Source: Leucoraja ocellata
Lineage: Eukaryota
Reading direction: 5' to 3'
NCBI GenBank assembly: GCA_036785375.1
Contig: JAWMAR010002535.1
Span: 62,001-126,000 of the forward strand
Length of the DNA: 64,000 bases
The notes under the pieces were generated by a model, which made no database searches, was not told the DNA's origin, and saw nothing but the letters and a program-made list of their open reading frames with translations. This document shows, piece by piece, positions 11,601 through 23,600 of this stretch (within the stretch, counting starts at the first letter, position 1; each line of letters begins with the position of its first letter). The position numbers were made by a program, and so were the translations under genes.

Positions 11601-14600
11601 GCCCCTGTCTATCCAAATGCACATATCTTTTTCTTCAGAATACTCTCCAGCAACTTGCCTAGCACAGATTTTTGGCTCACTGGTCAATAGTTCAGCGGTG
11701 TTTCCGTGCAGCATTTCTTGAATAGAGGCACGGCATTAGCCATCATCTAGTCTTCCAGCACCTCCTCGTCTTTCCTAATATATCTTCTTGCCTCTGAGCA
11801 GCTGTATCCATTAAGGCAGGGGTCGGCAACCTTGTTCTGTAATGAGGACATTTCCGATGCCCTGGTATGGAACACCTCATCCTGGGAGCAGATGCGGCGT
11901 AGGCGGAGGAATTGGGAGTAGGGGATGGTCCTTACAGGAAGCAGGGTGGGAACAAGTGTAGTCTAGATAGCCATGGGAGTCAATGGATTTATAGTGGATG
12001 TCAGTCAGAAGTCTATCACCTGCAATGGAGATAGTGAGGTCAAGAAATGGTAGGGAAGTGTCGGAAATGGTCCAGGTGTATTTGAGTGCCGGATGGAAGT
12101 CAGTGGTGAAGTGGATGAAGTCAGTGAGTTGTGTGTGGGTGCAGGAGGTAGCACCAATGCAATCGTCGATGTAACGGAGGTAGAGGTGGCGAAAATGACG
12201 TAGGACTATTTGTTGTATGCGACGGCTAGTGGGGTAGAGAGCAGTGTTACGGGGTATTGAAGAGACCCTGGTGAGAGCCTCATCTATAGTAGGGGAGCCG
12301 CATCTGCTCCCAGGATGAGATGTTCCATACCAGGGCATCGGGAATGTCCTCATTCTTTAGGGAACGGGGGTTCCTCTCCCCTACTATAGATGAGGTTCTC
12401 ACCAGGGTCTCTTCAATATCACATAACACTGCTCTCTCTCCCCCCTTCCCCCCCCCCCCCCCCCCCCACTCATAACACGGGCAGAGTCCCCCTTGTCCTC
12501 ACCTTCCACCCCACTAGCCAGCACATACAACAAATAGTCCTCCATCATTTTTGCCACTTCCAACGTGACCCCACCACTTGCCACATCTTCCCATATCCCC
12601 CCTGTCTGCTTTCCGCAAAGACCACTCCCTCCGTAACTCCCTGGTCAATTCTTCCCTTCCCACCAGCACCACCCCCTCCCCGGGCACTTTCCCTTGCAAC
12701 CGCAAGAGATGCTACACTTATCGCTTTACCTCCCCCCTCGATTCCATTCAAGGACCCAAGCAATCGTTCCAGGTGCGACAGAGGTTCACCTGCACCTCCT
12801 CCAACCTCATCTATTGCATCCGCTGCTCTAGATGTCAGCTGATCTACATCGTTGAGACCAAGCGGAGGCTTGGCGATTGTTTCGCCGAACACCTCTGCTC
12901 GGTCCCCAATAACCAATCTGATTTCCCGGTGGCTCAGCACTTCAACTCCCCCTCCCGTTCCGAATCCAACCTTTCTGTCCTGGGCAGAACTTGGAGGAGC
13001 AGCACCTCATATTCCGCTTGGGCAATTTACACCTCATGAACATTGACTTCTCCATTTTCTGGTAGCCCTTATTGTCTCCTCCCCTTCCCAGCTCACACTC
13101 AACCATCTGGCTCCTCTTCCTTTCTTCTCCCCCTCCCTCCCCCACATCAGTCTGAAGAGGGGTTTCGGCCCGAAACGTTGCCTATTTCCTTCGCTCCATA
13201 GATGCTGCTGCACCCGTTGAGTTTCTCCCAACACTTTTGTCTACCTTCCATCATACTTTGTTTTATTTTTGTTTTAACCACTACCATACAGGGTTGTTGT
13301 ACTTATTTTCACCGTCTGAGAATCTCGGTATTCTTTAAACTTGGCAACTCTGCAGTAGCTAGTTTGACATTGTCAATACCATATGGATGTTTGTGCTTCC
13401 TGTTACTCCCGGCACACTTGTCAGATTTCCATCACTCCAGATATTGGCAATTCAATAAAAAGCTCAATGCAGTAAGGTTACCCTTGGAATTTAAAGCTTT
13501 GCACCTGTTGTACACTGCCTTATAACATTGATTAAAATCTGTAGCTGTTCTGTTGTAAAAGGTTATCGTCTGCGGAACTAATAACATCTCAGCCATTGCT
13601 TGTCAAAGGATAATTTGGGAAAGGTGATAAATAGAGATCTGTTCGAAAGAAATTTGAAAAAAATCAAGTTCTATATAAATTACGGTATAGTATGTGGGGA
13701 AGCACTGACAGAAATTGGTCTGCTTTTATAACTTGGGCCCGTAAGCCACTGTGTTCTTCACTGCTGCTATTGCTCACCTCATTTTATTGAAGCAGTCTAC
13801 TGGGTGTGTGGAGTATCAAGACAGATGGAGCTTCCCGTCAGTGAGAAGCCACATTGAGCAGCTCCTAACTGTGTACTGACAAAACTATCCATGTGTAAAC
13901 TTTTAAATCTCATTTCCCTGCAGGCTGGGTGAACAGGATCCTTGACGAGGACGTTTTAACAGAGAATCTGTCACTCTGTTCTTGGCAATTTGTTTTGCTT
14001 CACTTAGTGTTGTTGCAGTTCCTGGCACTGTGTCTACCTAATTAGTTGTTCAATTTACCTCATGAGGGATTATTCATCATTCTATTCTGTGTAGTCAGCA
14101 CCCAACCATGAGTTTTAAAGACTTAGATTTTAGAGTCGTAGAATCACACAGCATGAAGCAGGCCCTTCAGCCCAACTCATCCATGCGAACCAAGATGACA
14201 AATTTAAGGTAGTCCCACCTTCCCGAGTTTGGACCATATCCCACTAAACATTTCCTACCCATGCACATATCCAAATGTCTTTTAAATCTTGTTATTGCAC
14301 CTGCCTCACCCACTTTCTCTGACGGCTCTTTCCATGTACCCACCACCCTCTGTATACCTAGCACCCTCTGAAGAATCTTATACCTGGTTTGGAGGTAAAG
14401 TTTCCTCATGGTCCAATTTTTGTTTGTTCCGTCAGACGAAAGGTCACAAGCTAAGATCCTTGCTGTTTTCTTGCCCCTTTGGTTTTGCACTCACTACACA
14501 CAGAATGAACGCTGGGAACCGCGGTCACAAGTATTTGCACTGAATTATAATTATCTGCCACAAATCTGCCTTGTGTACTCTTGGCGGAGAGTAATTCAAT

Positions 14601-17600
14601 GGGACAGGAACAAGCAGAAGCAATGGGTCTGCCAGGGCAGCTCTGTTTATGGTTTTTGGGGAGAAGATATAACCGGGCCATGTGGGGCTGGGGAACGATA
14701 AGGTTAGCAGTCTGAAGAAGGGTCTTGACCCAAAACCTCGCCCATTCCTTCTCTCAAGAGATGCTGTCTGTCCCGCTGAGTTACTCCAGCATTTTGTGTC
14801 TCTCTGTGTACTCTTGGTGTACCTTTTGGTGCAACATACCCATATGATGCAAATCCAGTTATCCTATCAACATGAGATGTTTCCCCTTGAGCTAAAGAAA
14901 GCAGTTGGAAATGTTTGCTACCAAAGTTGACATGAGCTAATTAGAACATTTCTGACATTTCCTCCTTCCCTGTGGATGGGAACGGTAGCTATCACTATTT
15001 CCAATTCTCTTTCTGAGAACTCTGCCTGCACACTTCTCAGTGTCTGTTTGGTAATTAAAATGTTTTGTTCTATGCAGCTGAGGAGGAGACAGTCAGCAAG
15101 TTTGCAGCACACTTTGAGGAGCAACTGCAGATCTATAAGAAGCAGGTGAGATGTTCATGTTTACTCCATGGATACAGTGAAACTTGATACTGGAACCCTC
15201 ATTCAGTAGTGCTCTTGAGTAATTATTTATCAGTGTGGCTGGATTGAGCGAGCAAGGGAAAGTTTCCATTCCGATTCTTTCAAAGCATGTCAAACGCATC
15301 GTGCACATGACCTCCAAGCACATCTTGCTTCTTAGTTGTCAGGACATTGCTCAGGAATGAGGTTAGAAACGTGCCAGCCAGCAGATTGCTGAAGCTAATA
15401 TGGGCTTTGGTATTCCATTGACATTTGCATGTTTGAGTTCATCACAATTCATACAACATGTGTGAAATAAAATGTTTGCAATTTGTGGATTAAGTTTTGC
15501 CGTTTAGTATGAGAGCACTGTTTTTCATATTTGACTGAATCCAAGTTCAATGGCTCTTTATTGTCGCATATGCACAGCACAGTAAGATTGTTTTGCACAA
15601 CCCACAAATGCACAGTCGCCATATTATTGGCACCGTTTACAAAGAAAAAAGAAACATCCCAACGTCCAGTCCACATGTTGGAAGTGCTGGAGTGCTTTGG
15701 CCTCTGCTTTTAAAATGTGAAATAGGACCATTAATGAGGAAAGGAGTGATTTTATTTAGCATTGTGCTCTAGATATTATGTGCCATCTTCATTGTGGGTG
15801 AACGCCTTTCGATCAATGATTTTTGAATAATGCTGGATTTGTCATTCTTTGTCCTGCTGTGATTGTTTTATGTTTATTATTCCTACCACACCTTTTTGTC
15901 AAAACTTATTTGAACTTAATTATGAAATGTTACATCCTTCTGGAGCACTGCCATTTAGCAGTGATTCAACCCACTGAGTTGTATAAACAACTGCCTGACG
16001 ACACATCCTCTACCCTGTTTTCCAACACTGAGCTGACATGTAATCATTTCTATAAAGTAGGTATTGGCCGTCACATGTAACAATATTTATCCATAGTGAC
16101 GTTGGATTATTCGTTATAAATTAAAGTAATGTTTTAGTTCTAGTGTTTCATCGAAGGTGGTACCTGTCCAACCTTTTTTTAAGGATTGATGAGGGTACTG
16201 AGTATAGTATAAATTAATTTTAGCAGGGTCCCATATAACAGAATAATTGGAAAGTTAAATCTCAGGAGATCCAATTGAAATTGTTGGGTTGGATATTGGT
16301 TCCAACGTGAGCTCAGTGGCAGAATTACCAATTTAATGACTGGAATGGTATTTGCAATGGTGTTCTGCAGGGCTGCCCTGGTGTTTGCTTTTCATGGTGA
16401 ATGCTTCAGACAAAATGCAAGAGCCATGAATTAGAAGTTGGCAGTTTGCAGTTTGCCTGTGTGGTTGCTGATGAGGAAGGAAGCTATTGTGCACAAAAAT
16501 ATATTAATAGTCTAATCAGCAGAGTAGAAAAATAATAAATGGGATTCATTCCAGAGAAGTGAAGATTAGAGCATTTGGAAACTAAGCAAAATGTGCCGCT
16601 GAGATTGGTCGAGGATTTGAATGCGTGTGATGCGCCTTAGGGTGGCTCTGAAGGCACATTTGACCAACACAGAGAAAGCCCAGAGGTCATGTTGAGAGCA
16701 ATTCCAAACACCAGGCTGCAGAGATGTGAAAGCGAGACAGGTTAGAATTCTATCTAAGAAAGGATGGCTGGGGCCGGGGTGAATATGTTTGAGGCTGGCA
16801 GCTGATGGGAGATGCATGTTTGATACGGCAGAGCTGAAACGCAAAAAGATGGGGAGGGCTGATTTCACTCAGAGGAGAAAATGTGGGAAAAGATGCCTCG
16901 CTGTTCTGTCTAAACTGGTGCAGAATACTGCATGGTGGTGGCTTCCTGTGCGTTATATTTTTGTGCCCTTTGAATGCTGGTGCTAGAGTTGTAAGCTGTA
17001 AAATGACTACAGCTTGTGCCTATAGAACATTTTCAACAAAAACCATCCTCAACTATCTCACTGCAATTATCAAATAAAAATAGATGTCAAGCTACATGTG
17101 AGGATATTTGGAAAGCAACCAAAAGCTTGGTGACAGACAAGTTTTAAGGAGAATCCTGTTAGGTTACAGGTGGTAGATGGGGGGTTTGGGAAGGGATTGC
17201 AGAGTTGGCCGCTCAAGATCGCCATTGAACATCCTAACGTATTAATCACTCCACTAATTGGTTAACTAACACTAAATGACACACCAGCCTTAGATAAAAT
17301 GAACCTTGAATAATATACAAATGCTGCATCCTATCCCATTGATTTTTTTTTCTTTCCCCCTCAATCTTGGCAGGTTATTGTCAGCCTGGTAGATCAGACT
17401 GGAAGGGAGAAAATAATTGGAGATGCTTTTCTTCGACATGTTCTGCTCTACAACAACTCAAACCTCACCTATGTGACTTTTGATTTCCATGAACACTGGT
17501 AAGAACCTATGATAGTTTAAAGCTGTGTCTGAAGATTATTCCCCAGCTGTTATCAGACTTTTAAATTGTTTTGCAATTTCAATGATGGTTTAAGGCGAAC

Positions 17601-20600
17601 ATTGGTGCAGCCATTTTGATTTATAGTTGATTCTACCTTGTTGCGCCAGGCACATTGATTTATATCTAATCAGTGTAAAGGGAATTGAGAAATCTATGCC
17701 ACTTTGCTCCATCCTTGAACAGCATTGAAGGCAGGTGAACAGTTTTGTTCTCCCCTGGTTATCCAACTTTTCCATGCTGAAATTTCTATCTTGTTCTTTG
17801 CTCAGGTTTTGTAGATTCCAATATAAAACTATTTATTTAGATTCCAAATTAAGTGTTGGTTAGTAATAGTGTAAAAGGTTATTAGGGAAAGGCAAGATAA
17901 TGGTGTAGAGAGAGAAAGATAGATTGGCTAAGATAGAATGGCTGAATACTGTTCCTGTAACATGAAATGAGGTTGTTGAGTTTATTGTCATATACGCAGG
18001 TACGGTGAGATACAGATTACAATGAAAACTCTGCTTGTAACAGCATCACATGGACCTGGATATTGCACAGAACATGTTATCCATAAATCATTTAAATTGT
18101 ACAAGACAATAAAAAGAAAGACTGCTAACGCAAAATGTCAGTGCAAAATGTAATTGGAAAGCAATTCGCTGTAGTCCAGGAAATGATCTGCAGTGTCCTT
18201 GGGTTATTTGGAATTTCATTAATTTTTCAGGCAACGTAAATTTTCAGACCATAGATGAAATTGTAGGATCTTGGTATTCTGCGACAAATGGGATTTGGAG
18301 CATTGTTATCAGTGTTTATATTGAAATGTGCATTTCTCCGGTAATTTCATTCAAGGGATAGCTGAGGCAGTTTGGAACCAACTTGCTGGTTGTAAATATG
18401 TGTTTTAACAGCTAGGCAGTCAGAGTACAGAATCCCATACTTGTTCATGCCTGTGGTTGAACATCAACAGCACTGGTTTCCAAGTTTCTCCTGTTGGCCA
18501 TATTTGCCTAATTCCCTGGGGTTTAATAAGTTGCAAGTTGCTGCATGGCCATGTCATCGTGAATGGGAGGGGTAGAGTTGGGAAAAGCTGCAACGTACCT
18601 GGTGGTGGAAAACAAATTTGTCAAATGCCAGAGTGCTTCTCAAAACATTACAGAAATGTTCCACCTTGGCTGCCCATACTCCGCTTTGGGTGGTGTTTAT
18701 CTTGGCTTTTAACGGAAATGCTGTAATCTTTTGATTAGCAGTCACCAGGATATGGTGCAAATATTTATATATTGAATTCCATCTGTGGGGCAGTCAGGAG
18801 GTGTGGTTGTGATTAAACAGGAGAGCAATTTGTGACTCATTTCTGAGTAGGAAATGAACTATAAACATCATTAAGGCACTTTATTTATCATAAAATGCTA
18901 GAATTGTCCTGCAAATATCACGCTGGAATGTTAATCCAGATCAAACATGATATTTTGTAAAGTCACCTCTGCTTTTGTCTCTTTTAAAAATATCTTCATT
19001 TTTCCAGATGCCATTCATTGTGTACAAGACTGTAAACTTGATTTATAAAAGATAAAGAAAGTGGCTCTTTTGACCACTAGACATTTTTGAATTTGCTGAC
19101 ACTGTCTCCCCTCGCTCTGATTTTCACCTTGTGCGAAAATTAAATCGAGCTGCTTCCTATTTTTGAGCCACGGCTAGTTAAAGGAATGTGCAGTAGTCAT
19201 AATAAATATTAAAATTATCTGGATCCTATAAGAATCTTAAGGTTTTCCCTGAGTCTCTTGCACTGAAATGTACAATGATAGGTCAAATGTGTTGAGTTCC
19301 CATTAGAGATTGGATTTGAGTCATGTCAGCATCCAGTCTTCTGTTACCTAAACTAATAAAATCCAGTCGCGGCACTGGAAGTGTACAATAAACAGGTTAT
19401 TAAAGATTCTTTACACAGCAAGTCACAGGCTACAGTGCATTGTCGTTCCCTGTAGAAACTGACTGCTCCATGCTTTGTGCATTTGCCTCGGCTTATTGAT
19501 GCAATTGTTTGTGCAGCTGCTGCAAGTTCGTGCCAACAATGAGGATTGTCTGAACTTGAGCAGGTTGTGCTGGGGTCTGTGTGCATCTAAATCAGGTTAA
19601 GTAGTTGGGTAGGAAAGAGCTGCAGATGCTGGTTTAAACCGAAGATGGACACAAAAAGCTGGAGTAACTCAGTGAGACAGGCAGCATCTCTGGGGAGAAG
19701 GAGTGGGTGACGTTTCAGGCCGAGACCCTTCTTCAGACCCGAAACGTCACCCATTCCTTCTCTCCAGAGATGCTGCCTGTCCCGCTGAGTTACTCCAGCT
19801 TCTTGTGTCTATTTTAATTAGTTAGATTTTAGATTTTGTCTTTTTAAATGGGATTCAAACTCCAAGTGGTATGGACCACACTTACTGCAATCCATGCAGA
19901 TTTTCTTGTTTCTGATATTCACAATCCTTCCGGGAAATGTTATTTTTGTCAGGGTAGAATTCTTTTTTAGTTGACAATCTGGCAGGCTTGTTTAGTTTAA
20001 TGCTACTCCTGTGCTATTGGGATTCCTGAAGACCAAGCGCAGCAATGTGGAATGCAGGAAATTGGAATGAATCACTATATCTGGCTGAAATTTAGCATAA
20101 GATGCTGTATTTTCACCCCAATCTGCCCAAGGCTTACTCTACATCCAATATGCTTGGTGCTCCGTAGTGATTTCTGGATTAATAAACATGGAAAATATAA
20201 ATTTGATGCGTCTTGTGTGGATGCTGCTGTTTCTAACAACACACAAAACAACTCCTGCATCTTTACTATGGCATTTAAATTTAAGAATGATTTGCTTGGA
20301 ACCAAAATTCAGAATGAATGAAATTGTCTGCATTTTCCTTCCCTAGTCGAGGAATGAAGTTTGAAAACGTGCAGACCCTCACAGATGCCATCTCTGACAT
20401 CATCACAGACATGAAGTGGGGCTGGTTAGTGTCTTTATTTACCACTTTATGAAAAATGCATGATATACTAACATAACAAGTGTGTTTGTTGTCATAAACA
20501 GTTCCTAAAACTAAAGATTATGTGTTGGATTGACTAAAGTTTGATCGCATCGTAAGCGTTCAATCTCAACCATCCTTGGATGTCAAACTGTTTAAACTCA

Positions 20601-23600
20601 TAAGGATTGCCGTTATAATTCTCCATGTGTTTCTGTTGAATTTCCTGCTTTTATATTCAAAATAAAACCGGAGATCCAGGTAAATACCAAATTTAAATAT
20701 TTTTAAAGTGCATTATACTTGCTTCTTGCTGAGGCATCGACCCCTTATATTAGATTAATTTAGAGATATAGCGTGGAGACAGACCCTTTGGCCCACCAAG
20801 TTCACATCAACCATTGATCAACAATACACTAGTTTTATGCTATTCCACTTTTTGCATTCTACCCACTAGGGACAATTACTGAAATCAATTAACCTACAAA
20901 CTTGCACGTCTTTGGGACGTGGGGAGGAAACGAGAGCACCTGGAGAAAACCCATGCGGTAACAGGTAGAACGTACGCACTCTGCATAGACAGCACCCATA
21001 GCCAGAATTTAACCTGGGTCTCTGGCGTTGTGAGGCAGCAACTCTATGGCTGCATCACCATTGCATCATCTATTATTGGGCTTGCCATCAAAAGCAGACT
21101 CGATAAAGATGGGCCACTTTAGCACAATTGGAATGAAATCATTGAAAATGAAGGATGACCAAGTTGGGGGCACGCACACCATATTCAGTACACAGTGCTG
21201 AAGTAAATCAGCGGGGCAAGCCTGACCCACTGAGTTACTCCGGCGCTTTGTGTCTCTTTTTTGTAAAACAACATCTGTAGTTCCTTGTTTCTACGTATCA
21301 TATTTAAATTTGAACAACTATTTCCTTTTGAGCGTGAATGTGTTTTGAAGTGCTCAGTTCTGCAGTTCTCAGTTCAGTTCTAATGAATATTCAGACGGTT
21401 TAGAACTAAGTCCTGTGGAAAATAGGCTGCCTTTCGTGCACCATGGGATGTATGTCACTCTTTGCCTTGTAATCTGCTTCAGGGACAACAGCATCCCCGT
21501 AGGTGGCCTTTGCCTTTTGAGTTCTATGGAGCCGGATTCCCACACAGAATGTTGCCACCGAATAAAGAAGCTGTTTTTGAAAGTGGCAGTTTCTGAGCCT
21601 GGAAACAGAAAATGTTAGCATTTCCCACTGGTGAAAAGAAAACTGCAACACAATCGTCACTGAGCAGAGAACTGATTCTCTGGTGCTTTTTGCTCATAGA
21701 GCGAGGACTGTTTCTGTATGATGCGGAATTAAGCTAAACTATTGTGGGAGTGATGATAGCAAAGGGGGATCTTTGTCTTTTTGTGTCAACACAGGGTTGA
21801 CCAAGCTGGAGAGATTTGCAAGCAAGAAGGAATCTTCAGAGTGAACTGTATGGACTGTTTGGATCGGACGAATGTGGTTCAAGCTGCAATTGCTCGAGTG
21901 GTCATGGAACAGCAGGTATGATATTGTCAGAAGTTGGCATCTCTTATTTCCAGGGCCCTCACTCAATTACAATTGTTTTCTTGCTCATTCTTCTCTGCAT
22001 CAACTCAGAAAATGTAAATGCTTTCTGTGAACAAGTGTATCATGATTAAATGAATGTAGTTTTCATTTATGGTGACAATCTTTGTAATTTTGTCAGGCTT
22101 ACCTATTCACTTTGTGCATCTCTTTCTCTGTCATCCCGATGAGCACGTCATGATTTCATAATTGGTAATTGTGCAGAGAAGCCATGTGCATGGGAGCTGA
22201 ATTCAGCATTTACCCCATTGAAATGAAGGGTAACCACACAAAATATAAAAACTATATAGCATTGTTCACAATTATTATAATTAGATTATAATTGTTATGA
22301 TTATTACTACTAATTGGCACCCAGGAATGACCACCAGATGGCCATGTCATCTGCAATAGGGAATGCAACTCTGGAAATCTGGTGATTTGAGCTCTTGATT
22401 TGAGCCTCCAGTCAGCTGTTGTGTAGATCTGGATTTCTTCTGTGTGCTGAACATCTGTGAAGATGACCGAAGACCAGCTTGCAAGGTGCCAGCCAATGTA
22501 ACAGTAAATACTCTTTGTCGGCCTTCCTGACAAATAACACAACACAAGGAGCAGCACAGTGGCGAAGCAGTGGAGTTGCTGCTTTATCCCCCTGTCCCAC
22601 TTAGGAAACCCGAAGGGAAACCTCTGGAGACTTTGCGCCCCACCCAAGGTTTCCGTGCGGTTCCCGGAGGTTTTTGTCCATCTCCCTAATGGTCGAAAGT
22701 GGTTTCCGCTTCTATGTTCCGGCGATTATATCAAAAAATTAAAAACCGGCCGCGACTAAATGAATGGATATTTTTCAGCTTGGCCAGCACAAGCCTTTCA
22801 ACGAGGTGTATAAAATCATGATTTGAATAGATATGGTTGAGTCTTTTGCCCAGAGTTGGTGAATCAAGGAGCAGAGGACATGGGTTTAAGGTGAACGGCA
22901 AAAGATTTAATAGGTATCTGTGGGTTATGTTTTTCACACAAAGGGTGGTGGGTATGGAACAAGCTGCCAGAGGAGGTAGTTGAGGCAGGGACTATCGCAA
23001 CATTTAAGAAACAGTTAGACAGGTACATGGATAGGACAGGTTCGGAGGGATATGGATCAAACGTGGGCAGGTGGGACTAGTGCAGATGGGACATGCTGGG
23101 CCGAAGGGCCTGTTTCCACACTGTATCACTATGACTATCTTTCCCTCTCAATCCCATTCTCCTGCCTTCTCCCCATTACCTCTGACACCCGTATCAATCA
23201 AGAATCTATCAATCTCCTCCTGAAAAATATCCATTGACTTGACCTCCACAGCTGTCTGTGGCAATGAATTCCACAGTTCACCACCCTCTGACTTAAGAAA
23301 TTCCTGCTCAGCTCCTTCCTAAAGGAATGTCTTTTAATTCCGAGGCTGTGGCTACTGGTCCTAAACTCTCCTACTAGTGTAAACATCCTCTCCAAATCCA
23401 CTCCATGCAGGTTTTTACCAGGCTGGGACAGACGGCAACAGCTGCACACCATGTCCCAAAGCTTGTGCCCTGTCCTGCATCACCCAAGGCAGCAGAGACG
23501 TTATAGGAGAGGGCAAGCACCGTAACAAAGTAGCTCATGATGGTTTGGGTAACATTCAGGAATGTCTATGCACGTCACATCATGAATATTACTGAAGAAC

